Positions 56,841-64,000 of a DNA stretch of 64,000 bases are shown piece by piece. The position numbers and the translations under genes are program-made. A model generated the notes under the pieces. That model was not told the origin of the DNA. It did no database searches and worked only from the letters and a program-made list of their open reading frames with translations. Position 1 is the stretch's first letter. Every line of letters begins with the position of its first letter. Source of the DNA: a bacterium (lineage in GTDB: Bacteria; Zhuqueibacterota; Zhuqueibacteria; Residuimicrobiales; Krinioviventaceae); the NCBI GenBank assembly GCA_963675755.2, contig CAXXMD010000003.1:1920001-1984000 (forward strand), read 5' to 3'.

Positions 56841-58333
56841 TTCATGGACTCTTCATACTTTTGTGCAAATTTTACTACACCATCACTAATAGATTTGGCA
56901 AGCTTTTGCCGGTAAGAGTGTGTTTTGAGTTTTTCTAAATCATAGCGGTTTGTGATATAAGCAGTCTCGATGAGTACACAGGGCATGGAAGCATTATATA
57001 ACACCTGAAATCCTGCCTGTCTTACACCATGGCTATAGGATTCACAAGTAGAACGTATTTCATTATCTATGATTTGTGCAAATTCTTCGCTTTCTTTGGC
57101 ATAAGAATTCTGAGCGTTTGCAGCCAGAATAAATGAGGCAGAAGTCAGATCCACATAATCGTTTGGATTGTCTTCAAGCTTGATTACCGAGTTTTCAAAT
57201 TGTGCAACGCGACGTGCTTCATCGGTTTTGGCAATACCCAGAAAATAGACGGTATGTCCGTGAATACGAGAACTAGGATTTGAATCCACATGTATACTCA
57301 GGAACAGTTTACCATTATTTTTATTAGCAAATTCTGTACGGTCTTTTAAACGCGGATATGTATCATTTTCACGCGTCATCAATATTTTAGAATCCAGTTG
57401 TTTTTCCAGGTCATCTTTAACCATTTTGGCAATAGCCAGCGTTATATTTTTTTCATACAGGTTTGTTTTACTGACGGTTCCCGGGTCTCTACCACCGTGA
57501 CCAGGATCGATCACAATAGTATCAATTTTCCATTTTTCACGTTCTTTTTCCAGATCAGCCAGCAGGTCTTGAGAGAGATCCTGTTTGGTGCGAAGAGTAA
57601 TGGTGATCTCGTTATTGGGGTCAATGTAAACATTTTTTTCTTTGATTCTGGGTAATACTCTAAAAGAGAGTCTGGCGGTTTCTTCTGATAATTGTATGGG
57701 GATTATTTTTTTGATGTTTTTCAGGTCCGGATCAATTTTGAATGTGCGGAAGGTATCAACTCTGCCGCCATACAAATCAACATAAAACCAGCCGTTACTT
57801 TCACTGGTAAAGATTTTGTTTTCGTCAAAAGGGCGCAGCGTTTTGATCTTGATCAATGCGCCGTTTGCCATTTCTTCAATATCAATGTTTAAAATATGAT
57901 CAGTGGCAGGCGCAATCAAGAGGGCGCTGTCTTTTTGGTTAAATGACAATTCACCCGGGAAATAATTTTTAAGCAATTGTGTAAAGTATTGCAGTGGGAC
58001 GTAAAACTCGCCATTTCTGTACAAGGTGCTAATGGGCATCTGGAACATGGCATTGTCAATTTTAACAAAAGGGCTAATAGCTGTTATTTCTGCGGTAGCA
58101 TCTGGTAAATACAGAATAACGCGTTTAGCTTTGAGGTCTTTGCGGGTTTTCAGATCAAAGGCTTTGGCAAAATGAGTAATGGAGACAAAACTGTATCGTC
58201 CCGCTTTAAAAGATTCAAGCGAGCCGACGGGTTTGCCTTCCCATTTGTCAATGATAGATACCCGCTCTGCAAAGACAGATGCGGTCAATATTAATATAAA
58301 TATTATGATAATGGATTTATTCGATATGGTCAC
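56837..58333 (-). CDS. N-acetylmuramoyl-L-alanine amidase (Amidase_3, AmiC-like)
   Basis: IDPGHGG.DPG, EK, FLSIH, VLIETAYITN; signal peptide. Confidence 0.93.
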   Translation of the reverse strand: MTISNKSIIIIFILILTASVFAERVSIIDKWEGKPVGSLESFKAGRYSFVSITHFAKAFDLKTRKDLKAKRVILYLPDATAEITAISPFVKIDNAMFQMPISTLYRNGEFYVPLQYFTQLLKNYFPGELSFNQKDSALLIAPATDHILNIDIEEMANGALIKIKTLRPFDENKIFTSESNGWFYVDLYGGRVDTFRTFKIDPDLKNIKKIIPIQLSEETARLSFRVLPRIKEKNVYIDPNNEITITLRTKQDLSQDLLADLEKEREKWKIDTIVIDPGHGGRDPGTVSKTNLYEKNITLAIAKMVKDDLEKQLDSKILMTRENDTYPRLKDRTEFANKNNGKLFLSIHVDSNPSSRIHGHTVYFLGIAKTDEARRVAQFENSVIKLEDNPNDYVDLTSASFILAANAQNSYAKESEEFAQIIDNEIRSTCESYSHGVRQAGFQVLYNASMPCVLIETAYITNRYDLEKLKTHSYRQKLAKSISDGVVKFAQKYEESMN

Positions 58334-58349
58334 CGGCCATCCTGCTATA

Positions 58350-59201
58350 TTACCAGATTTTCTCTTCCTTGGATAAAAACTCGCTGGCTTTTTTTAGATT
58401 CTTTTTTTCTTCATCGCTCAGACTGTCGTATCCTACTTCATTGATCCTGTCGAGAATGCGGTCAACTTCATCGCGCTTTTCCCGAATGTCTTGCTGTCTT
58501 TTTTGTTCTGCCATAAATTGCTTTTGATGCTGATGTGTTCGGTATTTTCGAATCACAATTCCCAGCAGATTATCTCCTCTTAGCATTAAATAGCCAACCA
58601 GGGCTCCACCCAAATGGGCAAAATGCGCAATACTGTCGGATTTGCCAAAAATACCAACAATACCAGAAAACAAAGAAATACCAACAAAAAATGCTACAAG
58701 ATGCTTTGCTTTTAGACTAACCGGTAAAATAAAAAAGAGCAATAACGTAACAATGCGGTCCGGGAAATATACTGCAAATGCTACCAGTACGCCATAAATT
58801 GCACCTGATGCACCAATAACCGGTGTTGGCGAGTTCCAGTTGAACAGTATATGAAACAAGCCCGCACCAATTCCGGATAAAAGGTAATATCGTAAAAAAT
58901 TTCTGGATCCCTGCCAGCGTTCAACTTCGCAGCCAAATATCCACAGGGTAAACATGTTGAAGAAAATATGAAAAAAACTGGCTTCGCTATGCAAAAACTG
59001 ATAAGTAGCCAATTGCCAAAATTTAAAGTGATGGGTTATTTCATACGGCTGCAAAGAAAACCAGCTTGTAAGCGGAGAACCCATACGCAATGTGATCAAT
59101 TGTATAAAATATACTATAACATTTGATATCAACAGCCATTTGACAACCGGTGTTAATCCGCCGCCAAAGCCGAAACGTATTTTTTGTGTTTGAAAATTCA
59201 T
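58350..59201 (-). CDS. Rhomboid intramembrane serine protease
   Basis: H...HIFFNM, GASG, AHFAHLGG. Confidence 0.93.
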   Translation of the reverse strand: MNFQTQKIRFGFGGGLTPVVKWLLISNVIVYFIQLITLRMGSPLTSWFSLQPYEITHHFKFWQLATYQFLHSEASFFHIFFNMFTLWIFGCEVERWQGSRNFLRYYLLSGIGAGLFHILFNWNSPTPVIGASGAIYGVLVAFAVYFPDRIVTLLLFFILPVSLKAKHLVAFFVGISLFSGIVGIFGKSDSIAHFAHLGGALVGYLMLRGDNLLGIVIRKYRTHQHQKQFMAEQKRQQDIREKRDEVDRILDRINEVGYDSLSDEEKKNLKKASEFLSKEEKIW

Positions 59202-59202
59202 A

Positions 59203-59835
59203 CTAGTTTAAATTTAAATTTACTCCTAATCTAAAGCCGAGTCCGGACAGATCAACTCGTTCAGTAACCGGAAGGCCAATATTACTATTTTCTATGCTGC
59301 GGCTGACTTCGCAACTGTTGTAAAACAGATCGGCAATAAGTGTGGATCGACTGCCAACATTGTAATAAAATCCGGCTGCTGCCTGCCATCCCAGACCACC
59401 GAATTTGTGAGTTTGGGATTTATCTAGCTCGTAATTTTTCTCTTTGCTGAACAGGAATTCATAGTTCAGACTTCCGCGAATAAAATATCCATAATACATC
59501 GAAGTGGGGATTTTAACATTCACCATGAGTTTTAATGGAACCATGGTCCTTGAATAATCCACTTCAGTAGCATAAGTGTTGGACGTTAAACCTTCTTTTT
59601 CTTCCTGGGCTACCTGGCTGTTTTCAGAGTAGGTTTTGTGAAATACATCTACTCCAATTCCAAGATCAACCGCTTCGTCTATGGCTGTGCCCAATACAAA
59701 ACCGAAAAACATGCCACCTTTTATGTCCGCAGGATTAACATATCCGGCATTTATATTGAAAACATTTCCACCTTGCGCAAATGCCATCGATGAAATTATA
59801 ATTAATAATACTAATGTATGGCGAAATGGTTTCAT
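59203..59835 (-). CDS. Small outer-membrane beta-barrel protein
   Basis: Signal peptide, amphipathic beta-strands, C-terminal GFRLGVNLNLN strand. Confidence 0.65.
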   Translation of the reverse strand: MKPFRHTLVLLIIISSMAFAQGGNVFNINAGYVNPADIKGGMFFGFVLGTAIDEAVDLGIGVDVFHKTYSENSQVAQEEKEGLTSNTYATEVDYSRTMVPLKLMVNVKIPTSMYYGYFIRGSLNYEFLFSKEKNYELDKSQTHKFGGLGWQAAAGFYYNVGSRSTLIADLFYNSCEVSRSIENSNIGLPVTERVDLSGLGFRLGVNLNLN

Positions 59836-59941
59836 GAATTATTCTCCTCTAAAAAAAATATATCATCCTATTATAGAAAATGATTGCCATAAAATCAAGA
59901 AAAACATTCTGGCTTGGAGCAGAGAGGGTGTATGTTCTGCT

Positions 59942-61558
59942 CTAGTTGGTGAATTTTCCCCTTTGAATGATGGTATCTTGCAGATATTCCTCGTCGTTGG
60001 TTTTTGTATAGTCGGTAGTATAGTGCAATCCCCGGCTTTCTCTACGCATTAGCGCAGATTGAATAATAAGCTGAGATACGGTTGCCAGATTGCGTAATTC
60101 TACCAGATTTTCGGTAACGGTGGTACGACGATAAAAGTTTTCCACTTCCTGGCGGATTAAACGGATTCGGCTGAGCGCGCGTTCAAGCCTCAGGTTAGAG
60201 CGGACGATACCCACATAGTCCCACATCAGGTTTTTAATTTCTAGTTTGTCATGAGATATTAAAACCCATTCTTCACTGTTGAATGTACCTGCGTCATCCC
60301 AGTGAGGTATGCGGGGGAAGATAAAGTTATTGTTACTTACAAATTCCGTGGCAGATTCACAGGCTTTGAATGCAAATACCAGTGCTTCCAGTAACGAGTT
60401 TGATGCCAATCGGTTTGCACCGTGAACGCCTGTGCATGCTACTTCACCACATGCAAACAGACCTTTGATGTTTGTTTTGGCTTTCAAATCGGTTACTACT
60501 CCGCCGCAGGAATAATGGGCGGCAGGAACCACAGGAATAGGTTCTTTGGTGATGTCTATTTTAAAATTCATGCATTTATCATATATCAGCGGAAACCGTT
60601 TTTTTGTTTCTTCCGGATTTTTGTGGGTTACATCCAGAAAAACTGACGAGTCACCCCGTTTTTTCAATTCGGTATCAATAGCTCGGGCAACTATATCACG
60701 GGGAGCCAGTGAGGCCATTTCGTGATAGTTGGGCATAAAGTCTTCGCCGGCTTTATTAATCAAAATGCCGCCAAATCCGCGAACTGCTTCAGATATGAGA
60801 AAAGAGTCTGCTTCCGGATGGTACAACGTAGTAGGATGGAACTGCATGAATTCCATGTTGGCGATTGGAGCGCCTGCGCGATAACACATGGCTACACCGT
60901 CCCCTGTGGCAATATCCGGATTTGAGGTGTGTCGATAAACCTGACCGCAGCCACCGGAAGAAAGGATAGTAGCTTTGGCTGTAAATTTATGTACTTTTTG
61001 AGTTTTCGAGTTTAACACATAAGCACCCCAGCAGCTAAGCTTGTTTTCTGCCGCGGGCACTGTTTCAAAAATATGATGCTCGGTTATGAGATCAATTGCA
61101 ACATGATCTTCATAAATACTGATATTGGGATTCTCTTTGATTTGGTCAAGTAAAATGGTTTCAACATCACGACCGGTGTGGTCTTTGACATGAACAATGC
61201 GGTGGAACTTGTGTCCGCCTTCACGTCCCAGGTCAAACTTGCCGGTCTGGTTTTTGTCAAAGGGGACACCCAGACGGAACAATTCGTTAATATGGTGCGG
61301 ACCTTCTTCTACAATCAGTTGTACAGCGTCTTTTTTGCAAAGCCCTGCACCTGCGTACATGGTGTCTTTGATGTGTTGATCAAAAGAGTCATCGGGATCG
61401 AAAACAGAAGCAATGCCGCCCTGGGCATAATTGGTGTTTGATTCGGCTTTGTGTTTTTTGGTTACAATGGCTACCGTGCCTTGTTTTGACAGGAGGATAG
61501 CACTGTATAATCCGGCAATACCACTGCCTATTATTAAAAAATCAGATTTTATTGACAT
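59942..61558 (-). CDS. nadB: L-aspartate oxidase
   Basis: GSGIAG, YAQGGIA, EGGH, QFHPT, LISEAVRG, GVHGANRLASNSLLE. Confidence 0.97.
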   Translation of the reverse strand: MSIKSDFLIIGSGIAGLYSAILLSKQGTVAIVTKKHKAESNTNYAQGGIASVFDPDDSFDQHIKDTMYAGAGLCKKDAVQLIVEEGPHHINELFRLGVPFDKNQTGKFDLGREGGHKFHRIVHVKDHTGRDVETILLDQIKENPNISIYEDHVAIDLITEHHIFETVPAAENKLSCWGAYVLNSKTQKVHKFTAKATILSSGGCGQVYRHTSNPDIATGDGVAMCYRAGAPIANMEFMQFHPTTLYHPEADSFLISEAVRGFGGILINKAGEDFMPNYHEMASLAPRDIVARAIDTELKKRGDSSVFLDVTHKNPEETKKRFPLIYDKCMNFKIDITKEPIPVVPAAHYSCGGVVTDLKAKTNIKGLFACGEVACTGVHGANRLASNSLLEALVFAFKACESATEFVSNNNFIFPRIPHWDDAGTFNSEEWVLISHDKLEIKNLMWDYVGIVRSNLRLERALSRIRLIRQEVENFYRRTTVTENLVELRNLATVSQLIIQSALMRRESRGLHYTTDYTKTNDEEYLQDTIIQRGKFTN

Positions 61559-61661
61559 CTTGTTTCCAATAATAATAATTCATGCATGCGGTATAACATA
61601 CGTGGAATAATTTTGAAAATCAATAAAAAAAGAGGATCATACAGCCCAGGTTAGAGCGGTA

Positions 61662-62027
61662 CTAGACCAGCTGGGCATCTATGGTTCTGAACAATTCCCG
61701 ATTTTTTACAGGTTTGGTGATCATTTTTTTGATGCCGTGCTCAGCCGCTTTTTGCAAGATGGTTTTATCTGGTTGTTTGTAAAGCCCTATGATCTGTGTG
61801 GCAGGGTGTTTGTATGCAATCTGGTCTATAATATCAAAAGCTTTCTGGTCGGTACAGTTGCCATCTTCATCGCAAAAATCAAAAAATGTAAAGTCTGTGT
61901 TTTCGCTGTCCAAAATATCCAAAAGGTCGTTTGTATCCTGCACCACTTGCACATTAAAATGTGTGCTCAACGCAAGGTACATCTGCATTCCGGTTTGCAG
62001 CTCCCCATTTAAAATGACAATTTTCAT
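61662..62027 (-). CDS. Single-domain response-regulator receiver (atypical)
   Basis: Receiver fold with FD and ITKP; the acidic pair after beta1 is missing. Confidence 0.65.
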   Translation of the reverse strand: MKIVILNGELQTGMQMYLALSTHFNVQVVQDTNDLLDILDSENTDFTFFDFCDEDGNCTDQKAFDIIDQIAYKHPATQIIGLYKQPDKTILQKAAEHGIKKMITKPVKNRELFRTIDAQLV

Positions 62028-62083
62028 ACGTTTTTTATTCTCTTGGCCTGGGTTTGTTAATTTTCAAGAGTAATAGGAGCAAA

Positions 62084-62905
62084 TCAGGTGTTTTGCGGAA
62101 ACTCGGTTGTTAGGGATTCTGTTTTTTCGCTGCAAACACTGTTGAAATATCGGATTGCGGGAATCAGCAACGCAACAGCAGCAATTATCCAGTAAATTTT
62201 TACATGTTGTTCGCCTGAATACCAACGCAAAGAGTCTTCAGATGTATTGAGGAACAACATGGAAGCCAGATTGTTGAGAGCGTGAAAAATCATGGATGGG
62301 AAAATGCTGTCAGATTTCCATGCCATATATCCCATAAACAATCCTATAAACAGGATTTGTAACACAGACCAGGGATTGAAATGGATGATTGCAAATAATA
62401 ATGAGGATATAAATATAGCAGCCGCTGGTTTGACATTGTTCTCTAATGTCTTCATGATAGCCCCACGAAAAAGCATCTCTTCAGTAATAGCGGCAAAAAT
62501 TACCCCGGTCAGTATGAGCAATAACGCATGCGGAATGGAGTGAAAGGTCAGCATGTCTTTCATTGCATCAAAAATATAATCGGGCATGGGAAATAGGCTG
62601 TTTACTAACCTGTCCAGCTCATCTCCAATAATAAAAAGAGAAAAAGCCAGCAACAGAGTTGCTAATAAAAGAGTGGGCGAGATCTTGTTCAATCGGAAGG
62701 TTTTGGTAAAGTGCATTTTTTTAATATATACATAGACCATTGCAGGAAAGATGATGAGCGCTTCGGTCAGTAAACCAACTGAAGGACCGAAAAAATAGGT
62801 GATTGGCAAGCCAACAACCGGTACAATAATCATGGTGACAAGCAGTATTAAAAACAGTTCAAGTGGTTTTAGAACGCTTTTGGGTTCGTTGTTAAATTCA
62901 TCCAT
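62084..62905 (-). CDS. CPBP/Abi (CAAX) intramembrane metalloprotease
   Basis: EEMLFRG, FAIIH, HALNN. Confidence 0.92.
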   Translation of the reverse strand: MDEFNNEPKSVLKPLELFLILLVTMIIVPVVGLPITYFFGPSVGLLTEALIIFPAMVYVYIKKMHFTKTFRLNKISPTLLLATLLLAFSLFIIGDELDRLVNSLFPMPDYIFDAMKDMLTFHSIPHALLLILTGVIFAAITEEMLFRGAIMKTLENNVKPAAAIFISSLLFAIIHFNPWSVLQILFIGLFMGYMAWKSDSIFPSMIFHALNNLASMLFLNTSEDSLRWYSGEQHVKIYWIIAAVALLIPAIRYFNSVCSEKTESLTTEFPQNT

Positions 62906-63677
62906 GGTTTTTCCCCAGAGTATACATTAATATGCCAGCGGCAACAGCCGCGTTCAAAGATTCACTTTTGCCAGAGCCGGGTATGCAGATGTTTTCATCG
63001 AGCAAGGGTAACAGCTCTTTACGGATTCCGTGTGCTTCACTGCCAATAACCAGGCAAGCTTTGTCCACAGGTGTTTGGATTTCTTGCTTTGCATGTTCAC
63101 TTAGCACCGAGCCGATTAGCGTAAAGCGTTTTTCTTTCAACTGTTTAACAACTTCAATCGGCTGGGCCTTGTCTTGAACAGGAATGTTAAATATTGCGCC
63201 CATGGTACTGCGCAGCACTTTGGGATTCAATATGTCCACGGAATTATCGCTTGTGATGATACCATCAAAACCAAACCATTCCGCTGTTCTGAAAAGTGTT
63301 CCCATGTTACCGGGGTCTTGAATGCCGTCAATGAACAATAATCGTTTTGCGGTTTCATAATTCGGCAGATTCTCTTCAATCTTAACAACACAGCCAATGC
63401 CCTGCGGCGAGTCTGTATCTGCCAAAGATTTGAAATTTTCCTGCGACTGGTAAGTGGGTATGTTTTGAGCAAGGATGCGCTTTAAAAGATTTTGATTGCG
63501 GTCATTTTCCTGAAAATTCTGAGCCAGAACGCAAAACTCAATTTTAGCAGATGCGTTTAGCGCTTCTTCACACAAACGTACACCCTCAATCCAGAAAAGC
63601 TGTTCTTTTTCCCGGTATTTTTTTATTTGCAAAGACCGAACGAGTTTGGCCTGCTTTTGTGACAGGGGCCCGGTCAT
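62898..63677 (-). CDS. TrmH/SpoU family RNA methyltransferase
   Basis: QDPGNMGT.FRT, GSEAHG, IP...ESLNAAVA. Confidence 0.93.
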   Translation of the reverse strand: MTGPLSQKQAKLVRSLQIKKYREKEQLFWIEGVRLCEEALNASAKIEFCVLAQNFQENDRNQNLLKRILAQNIPTYQSQENFKSLADTDSPQGIGCVVKIEENLPNYETAKRLLFIDGIQDPGNMGTLFRTAEWFGFDGIITSDNSVDILNPKVLRSTMGAIFNIPVQDKAQPIEVVKQLKEKRFTLIGSVLSEHAKQEIQTPVDKACLVIGSEAHGIRKELLPLLDENICIPGSGKSESLNAAVAAGILMYTLGKNHG

Positions 63678-63681
63678 GGTC

Positions 63682-64000
63682 TTATTTCATCTTGTTTGTA
63701 AAATAATCGATAAAATCTGCCATCTTGATCTCGGTCTGGGTACCTTCTTCAAGATCTTTGACTGCGGCAACGCCTTGTTCAATTTCCTGATCACCCAGAA
63801 TTACAGCGTATTTGGCGCTATTGCGATTGGCTTCTTTCATTTGAGACTTTATGCTGCGATCACTTCCAAAGGAGATCAAAGCTGGTATGCCATGTTGTCG
63901 CAACGCAAAGGTTAATTCAATCGCTTTGTCTTTGGCGCTTTCACCCATGTGTGCTATAAACACATCTATACTTTTTAATGCAGGGGGTTCAATGCCTTGT
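63682..64000 (-). CDS. hisS: Histidyl-tRNA synthetase C-terminal anticodon-binding domain (partial)
   Basis: Frame open to the window edge; SIKSQMKEANR..AKYAVILGDQE...VKDL. Confidence 0.85.
   Translation of the reverse strand, partial: QGIEPPALKSIDVFIAHMGESAKDKAIELTFALRQHGIPALISFGSDRSIKSQMKEANRNSAKYAVILGDQEIEQGVAAVKDLEEGTQTEIKMADFIDYFTNKMK

Overview
Bacterial chromosomal window; gene content and secreted-protein style suggest an FCB-group organism such as KSB1 or Calditrichota (inference only). Housekeeping genes include lpxB (partial), ferritin, rtcB-archease, gpmI, tkt, rnz, plsY, trxB, an amidase, nadB and hisS (partial). There are three accessory zones. (1) An ECF-sigma/FecR locus with two TonB-dependent receptors that share a near-identical ~1.06 kb 5' direct repeat but carry divergent, AT-rich barrel plus lipoprotein cassettes. 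(2) A tRNA-Lys(CTT) followed by a lone small GIY-YIG nuclease gene bracketed by 86-bp direct repeats built from the tRNA 3' end, in which the T-arm copy is split by a hairpin insert. No integrase is present. A carbohydrate/sulfatase enzyme cluster follows, punctuated by three copies of a perfect 31-bp palindrome and other REP-like hairpins. (3) An AT-rich islet with a structured leader, an LRR lipoprotein and an orphan secretion-tail remnant. The best candidates for an undescribed system are the tRNA-anchored GIY-YIG mini-element and the constant-head/variable-barrel receptor cassettes. All calls come from reading the sequence; no searches were run.
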